DNA from: SAR324 cluster bacterium
GTDB taxonomy: Bacteria; SAR324; XYD2-FULL-50-16; HCM1
Assembly: GCA_002995645.1 (NCBI GenBank)
Contig: PUHO01000017.1
Coordinates: forward strand, 918-64,917
Length of the DNA: 64,000 nt
Direction of reading: 5' to 3'
Shown one piece after another: positions 20,612 through 29,437 of the stretch. Under the pieces are notes generated by a model. The model was not told where the DNA came from. It did no database searches and saw nothing but the letters and a program-made list of their open reading frames with translations. How positions within the stretch are numbered: position 1 is the stretch's first letter; every line of letters starts with the position of its first letter. The position numbers and the translations under genes were made by a program.

Positions 20612-21241
20612 ATGTTACAAGGACTTATTGGTACTAAATTGGGAATGACCCAAGTTTTTACAGAAGAAGGAACCCGTATTCCGGTTACCGTTATCCAAGC
20701 CGGACCTGTTACGGTTATTCAAAAGAAAACTGTTGAAACAGACGGCTATAATGCGTTACAAGTTGGTTTTAAACCGTATAATGAAGCAAAAGTTAGAAAG
20801 CAAACTAAGGCTAGAAAAGGTCATTTTGCTGAACAAACGCCTACACAGTTTTTACGTGAATTTAGATGTGAAACAGTGGAAGATATTGAAGTAGGACAAA
20901 CTTTTGATACAAGCATTTTTGAAGTAGGCTCAAAAGTAGATGTTATGGGCACTTCAAAAGGACGCGGTTTTTCCGGTGTGGTAAAACGATATAATTTTGC
21001 TGGCGGTCCTGCTAGTCACGGACATAGATTAGGTCGTAAAAGCGGTAGTATTGGACAAGCTGATCCAGCGCGCGTTTTTAAGAATAAAAAAATGGCAGGA
21101 CAATACGGTAACGTACGAGTTACAACTATGTCGCTTGAAGTGATTGATATTAAACCGGAACTTAACGCTATTTTAGTGAAAGGTGCCATTCCGGGCGCAA
21201 CAGGTGGTATGGTTACCATTTCTAAAGCAGCTAAAGGTTAG
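20612..21241 (+). CDS. rplC: 50S ribosomal protein L3 (not embedded in an S10 operon)
   Basis: 209 aa with L3 blocks (GTKLGMTQVF, GTSKGRGFSGVVKRYNF, GSIGQ, KMAGQYGN, LVKGAIPG). No rpsJ upstream and no rplD downstream. Confidence 0.9.
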   Translation: MLQGLIGTKLGMTQVFTEEGTRIPVTVIQAGPVTVIQKKTVETDGYNALQVGFKPYNEAKVRKQTKARKGHFAEQTPTQFLREFRCETVEDIEVGQTFDTSIFEVGSKVDVMGTSKGRGFSGVVKRYNFAGGPASHGHRLGRKSGSIGQADPARVFKNKKMAGQYGNVRVTTMSLEVIDIKPELNAILVKGAIPGATGGMVTISKAAKG

Positions 21242-21272
21242 TAAGCAACTCTTTAATTAAAAGCTTTTCTTT

Positions 21273-21306
21273 AGGCTATCTTATGTATATAAGATAGCCT
21301 TTTTTA
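21273..21306 (+). terminator. rho-independent terminator after rplC
   Basis: AGGCTATCTTA-tgtata-TAAGATAGCCT (11-bp stem) followed by TTTTTTATTTT. Confidence 0.85.
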
Positions 21307-23738
21307 TTTTGTAGAAACGAGTATAAAAGATTGTTGTTATTACTTTACTAAACAAGCTTTTTTCAAGCCGATAAAATTTTATTGATTGATCTTTTTTTAT
21401 TGATTGATCTTTAAGATTATCTTTAGCAAGTTTGTAGATTCAAGGTGATATTGATAAAAACGAAATGATATAAAGGTAGTATTTTTTTATATCCTGTTAT
21501 GTATTATCCATTGTAAAAAACTTCGCCAAGCAAAGAAAGTTCTATCATTATAAAAGCAAGCTTTTTCAAGCAAAGAAAGTTCTATTTATTACCCTTTAAG
21601 AATATCTTTAGTAAGTTTGTAGATTTAAGATAGTATTGAAAAAACGAGATGATATACAGGTAGTGGTTTTTAATATCATGTTATATATTGCTTTTGCTAA
21701 GCAAACTTTTTTCAAGCAAAGAAAGTTCTATTGATAACTCTTTAAGATTATCTTTAGTAAATTTGTAGATTCAAGGTGATATTGATAAAAACGAGATGAT
21801 ATAAAGGCAATGTTTTTTAATGGACTGTTATGTATTGCTTTTTATAAAGCAAGCTTCTATTTATCACCCATTGTAAAAGCAAGCTTCGTCAAGCAAAGGA
21901 AGTTTTATTGATTACCCATTATAAAAGCAAGCTTCGTCAAGCAAAGAAAATTTTATTGATAACTCTTTAAGACTATCTTTAGTAAGTTTGTAGATTTAAG
22001 GTGATATAAAGGCAGTATTTTTTTATATCCTGTTATGTATTATCCATTGTAAAAAACTTCGTCAAGCAAAGGAAATTCTATTGATAACTCTTTAAGATTA
22101 TCTTTAGTAAGTTTGTAGATTCAAGATAGTATTGAAAAAACGAGATGATATAAAGGAAGTGTTTTTTAATACCTTGTTATGTATTACTTTTTAGAAAACA
22201 AGTTTTTTCAAGCCGAGAAAATACTATTGATAACTCTTTAAGATTATCTTTAGTAAGTTTGTAAGCTAAAGTAATGGTTCAGAGCGATAATAATGCCGAT
22301 ATTAGCCTTTAGTAAGCTTGTAGATTTAAGATAGTATTGAGAAAAGCGAGATGATATAAAGGCAGTATTTTTTTATATCCTGTTATGTATTACTTTTTAG
22401 CAAACAAGCTTTTTCAAGCAAAGGAAGTTCTATTTATCACCCATTGTATGGCAAGCTTCGTCAAGCCGAGAAAATTTTATTGATTGCTCTTTAAGAATAT
22501 TTTTAGTAAGCTTGTAGATTCAATCTAGTATTGAGAAAAACGAGATGATATAAAGCCTATAGTTTATAATAGCTTATTACATATCACTTTTTATACAGCA
22601 AACTTCTATTTATAAAAGCAAGCTTCGTCAGTCAAGAAAATTCTATTGATAACTCTTTAAGACTATCTTTAGTAAGTTTGTAGATTTAAGGTGATATAAA
22701 GGCAGTATTTTTTTATATCCTGTTATGTATTATCCATTGTAAAAAACTTCGTCAAGCAAAGAAAATACTATTGATAACGCTTTAAAATTATCTTTAGTAA
22801 ATTTGCAGATTCAAGATAGTATTGAAAAAAACGAGATGATATAAAGGCAGTATTTTTTTATATCATGTTATGTACTGCTTTTTAGTAAGCAAGCTTCTAT
22901 TTTTCACCCATTATAAAAGCAAGTTTTTTCAAGCCGAGAAAACTCTTTAGAATTATCTTTAGTAATTTTGTAGATTCAAGGTGATATTGATAAAAACGAG
23001 ATGATATAAAGGCAGTATTTTTTTATATCCTGTTATGTATTATCCATTGTAAAAAACTTCGTCAAGCAAAGAAAATACTATTGATAACGCTTTAAAATTA
23101 TCTTTAGCAAGTTTGCAGATTCAAGATGATATAAAGGCAGTGTTTTTTTATATCCTGTTATGTATTATCCATTGTAAAAAACTTCGTCAAGCAAAGGAAG
23201 TTCTAATTATTACCCATTGTAAAAGCAAGCTTCGTCAAGCAAAGAAAATTCTATTGATTATTTTTAGTAAGTTTGTAGATTCAAGATAGCATTGAAAAAA
23301 AGATATTTTATAAAGGCATTGATTTTTAATATCCTGTTATGTATTGCTTTTTACTAAATAAGTTTTTTTCAAGCAAAGGAAGTTCTATTTATCACCTATT
23401 GTAAAAGCAAACTTTTTTCAAGCCGAGAAAATTTTATTGATTGCCCTTTAAGATTATTTTTAGTAAGTTTGTAGATTCAAGATAGTATTGAGAAAAGCGA
23501 GATGATATAAAGACAGTATTTTTTAATATCATGTTATGTATTACTTTTTATAAAACAAGCTTCTAATTATCACCCATTATACAAGCAATTTTTTTCAAGC
23601 AAAGAAAATTTTATTGATAACTCTTTAGGATTATCTTTAGTAAGTTTGTAGATTCAAGATAGTATTAAAAAACGATATAATATAAAGCTTGTAGTTTATA
23701 ACAGCTTATTACATATCACTTTTTATAAAGCAAAACTT
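21307..23738. repeat. 2.4-kb array of about 15 decayed tandem copies (125-250 bp each) of the rplC/ubiD convergent intergenic region
   Basis: The motif (A/T)TCTTTAG(T/C)AA(G/A)TTTG(T/C)AGATT recurs near 21420, 21604, 21751, 21975, 22100, 22247, 22305, 22500, 22665, 22790, 22955, 23100, 23260, 23457 and 23634. Each unit also has a GATATAAA...TTTATATC hairpin. Each carries one or two decayed copies of the last about 45 nt of ubiD (CTTCTATTTATCACCCATTGTAAAAGCAAGCTT... versus the real CTTCTATTTAGTACCCATTGTACGGCAAGCTT at 23735-23770). Confidence 0.9.
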
Positions 23739-25526
23739 CTATTTAGTACCCATTGTACGGCAAGCTTTTTCAATTAATGGCAACCATTCTTCATTTACTT
23801 TTTTTTCTGTGGCTTCATCTTCAATTAAAGGCGGGGCGTACCAAGTTTTTCTTCTAGAGTCAATAATTAAAGTGCCAGTAATACCAATATGCAAACCGGC
23901 TTGTTTTTGCTTGCCATATAAATCAAGTGCCGGATCAAAGTTAGTGAAAACGTTCCATAAGAAGGCATTCTTGTTTTTAATCGTTTCTTTAGCGTCATCA
24001 CATAAAATAACTAAACGGAATGCTTGTATATCCTCTTCTAAAACAAGCTTTTCAGCTAAGTTGGGACTAAGGTCATACTTAACTTTAGCACTAACGCAAA
24101 GAACACCTTTACAAAAAACATAGGCGTCGCCAAAATTAGTATTATAGAAACTTCCTTGCCAATGTGTTGCTAATGTATATTTAGGATCCCCAATCCCCAT
24201 AAAAATAGCTTTCCCGCCATGATTAAGCTTTTTCCCATTATAATCTAACGTATCTTGCGAAGCATGAGTTAATAAGAATAAATCAGTTTCCCAGTTTGCT
24301 CTAGCAAGAAGTGTTTCTAGTAATAAAGTAAAGTTTTTAATAGCAATAGGTTGATCCGTTACAAACAGGACTTTAGTTAAAGAAAGCTGTCCTTCGCCAA
24401 GTATACGAAGTGCGGCGGTTAACGCTTCTCTAGGGTAGGTATTTTGTACGACTGCGCCGGCAAGGGTATGTACGCCTGATTCTTCAAAAGCCCAAATAGA
24501 TTTTACATGAGGCATCACTAAAGGATAGAGTGGCGAAAGCATATCTTGCAGAAATTCAGTAATATAGTGATCTTCTTGAATAGGCTTGCCTACGACGGTT
24601 GCTGGATAAATAGCATTTTTTTTATGTAATACCGACTCTACGTTCATAAACGGGTATAAATGCGCTAAAGAATAGTACCCGTAATGATCGCCAAACGGAC
24701 CTTCTACTTTTCTTTCTTTTGGTGGCAATTCCCCTGTAATAATAAAATCAGTATTGGCAAAAATAGGCAGCTCTTGTTTATTTTTTTGAAAATAAGGTAT
24801 TTTTTCTCCCATTAAAAACGAAGCTAAAAGCCATTCTGGAATATTTTGCGGTAACGGTGCAATAGTTGCCAATGTTAAAGCAGGAGCGCCACCTATAAAG
24901 ATACGTGCCGGTAAAGGTTGGTTTTGATTTTCAGCTTCATAGTAATGCAGGTTGCCGCCTCTTTGTATTTGCATGTGTATGCCGACTTGGTTTTTCCCAA
25001 AAAGCTGTATACGATACATACCAAGGTTCTCAGCTTGATTTAGTAAGCTTTTAGTATAAACGAGTGGCAAGGTGATAAACGCGCCGCCATCGTCCTTCCA
25101 GGCATGAATTTGAGGTAGTTTTGCAATAGCGTCGCCAGACAAGGCGGTGTAGTTAAATCCTTTAGTGATACGCTTCCTTCCAACATGAAGAAATTGTTTA
25201 GCTTCTTTCAAAAGAGAAATAACAGACGGCTTTTTTTGTTCTTGTAAGTGTAAAGCAAGATGTGCCAACTGAGGAATGGCTTGCATTCGTTTTTCTGAAA
25301 AAGCTAATAAAATACGATCGGCCGCGCCGTATAAATTCGTAGCAACAGGAAATGAGCTTCCTTTTACGTTAGTAAATAAAAGCGCAGGACCTTTTCTTTT
25401 ACAGACTTCTCTGTGTACTTTCGCAAGTTCAAGGTAAGGATCAACCGGTTTGTCTATAATCCATAGTTGATTATTTTTTTTTAAAACACTAAGAAACTCG
25501 CTTGTTGTGCGGATAGGATAGGACAT
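23739..25526 (-). CDS. UbiD-family (prenylated-FMN-dependent) decarboxylase
   Basis: 595 aa. N-terminal pattern typical of UbiD-like enzymes (...IDKPVDPYLELA...GPALLF.NVKGS.FPV.TNLYG) with GPFGDHYGYY further in. It is longer than E. coli UbiD. Confidence 0.8.
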   Translation of the reverse strand: MSYPIRTTSEFLSVLKKNNQLWIIDKPVDPYLELAKVHREVCKRKGPALLFTNVKGSSFPVATNLYGAADRILLAFSEKRMQAIPQLAHLALHLQEQKKPSVISLLKEAKQFLHVGRKRITKGFNYTALSGDAIAKLPQIHAWKDDGGAFITLPLVYTKSLLNQAENLGMYRIQLFGKNQVGIHMQIQRGGNLHYYEAENQNQPLPARIFIGGAPALTLATIAPLPQNIPEWLLASFLMGEKIPYFQKNKQELPIFANTDFIITGELPPKERKVEGPFGDHYGYYSLAHLYPFMNVESVLHKKNAIYPATVVGKPIQEDHYITEFLQDMLSPLYPLVMPHVKSIWAFEESGVHTLAGAVVQNTYPREALTAALRILGEGQLSLTKVLFVTDQPIAIKNFTLLLETLLARANWETDLFLLTHASQDTLDYNGKKLNHGGKAIFMGIGDPKYTLATHWQGSFYNTNFGDAYVFCKGVLCVSAKVKYDLSPNLAEKLVLEEDIQAFRLVILCDDAKETIKNKNAFLWNVFTNFDPALDLYGKQKQAGLHIGITGTLIIDSRRKTWYAPPLIEDEATEKKVNEEWLPLIEKACRTMGTK

Positions 25527-25528
25527 AT

Positions 25529-25999
25529 TTAGCTTTTTTTGTTAAAGAATTGATTATATACAATGAAAACAAGACCTATAGAAATAAAATCGTCAGCTAA
25601 GTTATTAATAAACAAAGGCGTAGTGAAAATGTGAAAAGCAACGTAATCTACAACGTATTTATGTACTGCACGATCGTATAAATTACCAAGAGCACCGCTT
25701 AAAATTAAAACTAGCCCTATACGCTCTAGCAAAGGAAGAGAAGCTTGTTTTTTCCAAAGAAAAATATAAATGGCAATAGAAGCAAGCGTACTTGCGCCAA
25801 TGAGAATAATATTACGCCAAAGATCAGGTAAATTAGCAAGAAAACCAAAAGAAACGCCTTTATTATAAGCTAAAGAAAGGCTAATGAAATGCGGGATAAT
25901 CGGAATGGTTTCGTACATGTTAAGGTAGTGTACTGCCATGTATTTTAAAAGTTGATCTAAAGCGACTAAGATAAGCGTATAAAGTGTAATTTGTTTCAT
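25529..25999 (-). CDS. lspA: lipoprotein signal peptidase (signal peptidase II)
   Basis: 156 aa, four TM segments, motifs NKGVSFGF and VVDYVAF. Confidence 0.85.
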   Translation of the reverse strand: MKQITLYTLILVALDQLLKYMAVHYLNMYETIPIIPHFISLSLAYNKGVSFGFLANLPDLWRNIILIGASTLASIAIYIFLWKKQASLPLLERIGLVLILSGALGNLYDRAVHKYVVDYVAFHIFTTPLFINNLADDFISIGLVFIVYNQFFNKKS

Positions 26000-26008
26000 A
26001 ACAAAAAA

Positions 26009-27823
26009 TTAGAGTGTAGAATATAATAAGGATTTATTGTATTGTGCTAAAAGCCGTTGGCTTTTTTGCGTTTGATGTAACCGTTTAAGGTACAGAGCTT
26101 GTTTAAACACAATTTCATTTTGAATTGTTGTTTTTTGTAAAGTTTGCAGCTTCCCAAGCACTTGGATAGCTTTTTGATATTGTTTAGTCCATTCGTAATA
26201 GTTGATTAGTTGTAATGATATAATGGGGTTATACGGTTGCGTTTGCCAAGCTTTAGCTAAAATTTGAATAGCCGAAGCAAATTGATTCTTTTCTGTGTAA
26301 ATCATAGCAAGCACAATCATAGCTTGTAGCGAATTAACGTCACTACGTACCAAAGGTTGTAGAATGCTTGTTGCTTGTTTTTTGTTGTTTTGAAGATACA
26401 GTAACTTAGCGTTGAGTATTTTCGTTTTTATACTTGAATCACCAAGCTTGTTTAGTAAATTTAGTTTGTTTTTTGCTAGTTGCAGGTTTCCGTTTAACAT
26501 AGCAACGGCAACTGCTTCCCTTTCTTGCGCTAATGAAAAACCTATTTTAGAAGCTTGTTGCAAGAACGTATTCGCTTGTTGGTAATTTTTTTCTTTTTTA
26601 GCTAGTTGCGCTTGTAATAAGAAAAAAGTAGACGACGTTTTTTCTATAGCTAAGGCATTTAAATAATTTTTTGCTTTTATTAATTGATTATGGTGTAAGT
26701 ATTGTTCAATTAAAAATAGATGATAATGTAAATTATTTGGGTTTACTTTTAATGCTTCTTGTATGTGAAAAATAGCATTACTTACTTTTTCTTGTCTGTT
26801 ATATGCTTTCGCTAAAAGGAAGTGCGCTTCTGCTATTTTAGCATTGTTTAACAAAATAGAATTAAAAATTTGAATCGCTTCTTTTGTTTTGTTTTGTAAT
26901 AAATAGATTTTGCCTTTTAATAATAAAGGATTATAATCTTTAGGGTAGGTTTGAATCAGCTTATCGACTAAAGTTAGCGCATTATCGTCCGGATGTTGGG
27001 AAACGGTAAATTCTAAAGCTAATGTGGCAACTTCTGCAGATTGATGTTGTATAGATTGGATATATTGTACGGCTTTTTGGGATTCGCCTTGTTGAAAATG
27101 TATATTAGCTAACTTGAGATATAGTTGATCTTTGTCTGTAGTCGGAACTTTATCTATGCCTGTGTGTAGTATGTGCATAGCAGAGGGCGTATTGCCATAA
27201 GCTTGGTATATGTCGGCAAGAAGAACGTATCCGCGAACGTCAGTTGGTAATAGTTTAATTGCTTTGTCCATACTTTGAATCCAAGTCAGGTACTCTTTTT
27301 CTGTTGCAAGGTTAGTAGAAGAATAGCTGTGAAAAGCAATGTATACTTGTAGGTACACAAAAGGAAAGTAATGCGGTTCTATCTCTAAAGCTTGTTGGAG
27401 CGTGCTTTTTGCTTGTTGCACCTTCCCAATATTAAAGTAGCTTTTACCAAGATAATAATAGCTTTCTAGATTAGAATAGTTCATACGAACAGAGCTTTGC
27501 AGTTGCGTAATGGCAAGGAAATAATCTTTACGATAATAATTAATTTTACCACGAAGGAAAAGATACTTAGAGTTTAACGGTTGGATTACTAAAGCTGATT
27601 TAATAGCTTGCTCTGCAAGGTCAAATTGTTTTATTAATAAATAAACTTGGGCTAGGTTATAGTAGGCAGTATGATTTAATTTATTGTTCGTAATTTTTAA
27701 TTTATAATTTGCAATCGCTTGATCATAATTTTGATTAATAACTAACAATTGATTTTTCTGATTTTCTGTAGCCGAACAACTAACAAGAAGCACTGTAAGT
27801 ATAAGGAAAAATACAAATTTCAT
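26009..27823 (-). CDS. TPR-repeat lipoprotein
   Basis: 604 aa. Lipobox LLVSC at the N-terminus and many 34-residue TPR-like repeats (A..Y..lg..Y....A...). Confidence 0.7.
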   Translation of the reverse strand: MKFVFFLILTVLLVSCSATENQKNQLLVINQNYDQAIANYKLKITNNKLNHTAYYNLAQVYLLIKQFDLAEQAIKSALVIQPLNSKYLFLRGKINYYRKDYFLAITQLQSSVRMNYSNLESYYYLGKSYFNIGKVQQAKSTLQQALEIEPHYFPFVYLQVYIAFHSYSSTNLATEKEYLTWIQSMDKAIKLLPTDVRGYVLLADIYQAYGNTPSAMHILHTGIDKVPTTDKDQLYLKLANIHFQQGESQKAVQYIQSIQHQSAEVATLALEFTVSQHPDDNALTLVDKLIQTYPKDYNPLLLKGKIYLLQNKTKEAIQIFNSILLNNAKIAEAHFLLAKAYNRQEKVSNAIFHIQEALKVNPNNLHYHLFLIEQYLHHNQLIKAKNYLNALAIEKTSSTFFLLQAQLAKKEKNYQQANTFLQQASKIGFSLAQEREAVAVAMLNGNLQLAKNKLNLLNKLGDSSIKTKILNAKLLYLQNNKKQATSILQPLVRSDVNSLQAMIVLAMIYTEKNQFASAIQILAKAWQTQPYNPIISLQLINYYEWTKQYQKAIQVLGKLQTLQKTTIQNEIVFKQALYLKRLHQTQKSQRLLAQYNKSLLYSTL

Positions 27824-27825
27824 TA

Positions 27826-28707
27826 TTATTTAGAAAAGATAACGGTTGTTGCTTTAGATTCATTATTAAACCTATCGCTAAAGCGTATACGTAAAGGTTG
27901 CGACATATATTTGAGTTTCACAAAATGGGCTAAAGCAGGAGCGCGTTTAATTAAACGTTCTGTATTTGTTTTAGTGTCAACAAAGTAAATGTTAACAAAA
28001 TAATTTGTGTCGCCAATTATGTTAGGGTTTAGCTTGTTGTTAATGTTGTGTTTGTCAAGAAAACTCGTCCACTTTATAATCATATACGCTTTCAAAGGGC
28101 AAGCATTATGCGTTTGTTTTCGTAAGGAATGAATAGGATTCATAATATTTACACAATGCGGATCGCGTTCTTTAGTGCGAATAGCCTTTGCGCTTGTAAT
28201 CGGCAATAAAGACGGTTGATCATGAAATAAAGTAAGGTTTGTTGTTTCTGTGTCTCCGTTGGAAAGTAAATAGCTAGTTTCTATAATTTCTTTTTGGTTT
28301 GTTGCCTTAAAAAGGGACTGAGAGAAAATTAACGTAAACGTATCTTTATTAATATACGCTTTCCATTTGTTTGAGTCAATTTGTTGATTGTCAGCTACAA
28401 GTTTAGCTTGCGGGTGTAAGGTTAGTGTAAATTTTGGTTTAAACGAGTTAGTACAAGAAGAACATTTTGAATCTAAAGGATAGATATAGATTGTAAATTT
28501 AGTAATATAGGCTTTATTTGGATTTGTATCAGCTTGCTTTTTACTTAAAGGGTGGTTTGTATGCCAGGTAAAAACAAAGGAACTACCTTTGTAATAGGTA
28601 GCAAGCACAGCTTGCGTTTTTTTTGCAGGAATAGGCACAGGCATAGTTTCTTTTCCGCAACCTAATAAAGTGGTAACTAAAAAAAAGAAAAATATAGATT
28701 GTAACAT
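27826..28707 (-). CDS. hypothetical lipoprotein
   Basis: ORF 27826..28758. I placed the start at ATG 28707 (MLQSIFFFFLVTTLLGCGKE, lipobox LLGC), which removes the overlap with the upstream gene. No recognisable domain. Confidence 0.55.
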   Translation of the reverse strand: MLQSIFFFFLVTTLLGCGKETMPVPIPAKKTQAVLATYYKGSSFVFTWHTNHPLSKKQADTNPNKAYITKFTIYIYPLDSKCSSCTNSFKPKFTLTLHPQAKLVADNQQIDSNKWKAYINKDTFTLIFSQSLFKATNQKEIIETSYLLSNGDTETTNLTLFHDQPSLLPITSAKAIRTKERDPHCVNIMNPIHSLRKQTHNACPLKAYMIIKWTSFLDKHNINNKLNPNIIGDTNYFVNIYFVDTKTNTERLIKRAPALAHFVKLKYMSQPLRIRFSDRFNNESKATTVIFSK

Positions 28708-28718
28708 AATAGACGTAT

Positions 28719-29426
28719 TTATAAAGGTATAAATAGAGAAATGCCAATGTTTACCCATTCTAGTTTATCTTTGAAAAGTGTTTGTGAGTATCCGTATTGT
28801 AGTAATAAATGATGATTTGTGTAAAGTCTCAATCCTACTTTAATCGCTGCTTGTGAAAGAGAATAGCTTGATGATGATTTAAGACCTGTCAGTTGTCTTG
28901 TAGAATGAAGATAGGAAATACCGTTATAAAAACTCAATCGATTTTGTATAATCGTCCATAATTTGGTAATGCTAAGATTAGTAAGTGAAAGAGACAAGGA
29001 TTTATATATTTGATTATTAAACGTATAATTTGCGTTTAACGGTACGTTTATTGTTCCGTTTGCAAAAGCAAGATCCCATGTTTTAAAGCGATATCCTATA
29101 GAGACAATAGGCGGATTTTTCTTTGGAAAGTGGGGAAGGAATAAAATATTGCTAGACGAGATTTTTTTATTATGAAAACGTAGTTTAACGTTCAGAATAG
29201 AATAACCTATACGTACGGCAGAGGAAGAAAAAAAATATACTTTACTTGCGTCTAAAGGCTTTATGACGTTTGTCTTTTCTTCTTTGAGTAAAGGCATCTC
29301 TTTGCTTGTGTGAGAAAGCTTGCTTTGTTGTTTTGTAAGAGGTTCTTTTACTTCTTTTGCTAGCAACGTCGGTTTTAGTAATAACAAACAATAGCCTAAA
29401 GAGAGTATAAAAATAAAAATTTTCAT
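28719..29426 (-). CDS. hypothetical exported protein, possibly a small outer-membrane beta-barrel
   Basis: 235 aa with a signal peptide (MKIFIFILSLGYCLLLLKPTLLA) and an alternating hydrophobic pattern in the C-terminal half. Function unknown. Confidence 0.5.
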   Translation of the reverse strand: MKIFIFILSLGYCLLLLKPTLLAKEVKEPLTKQQSKLSHTSKEMPLLKEEKTNVIKPLDASKVYFFSSSAVRIGYSILNVKLRFHNKKISSSNILFLPHFPKKNPPIVSIGYRFKTWDLAFANGTINVPLNANYTFNNQIYKSLSLSLTNLSITKLWTIIQNRLSFYNGISYLHSTRQLTGLKSSSSYSLSQAAIKVGLRLYTNHHLLLQYGYSQTLFKDKLEWVNIGISLFIPL

Positions 29427-29437
29427 TCTATAGTTAG

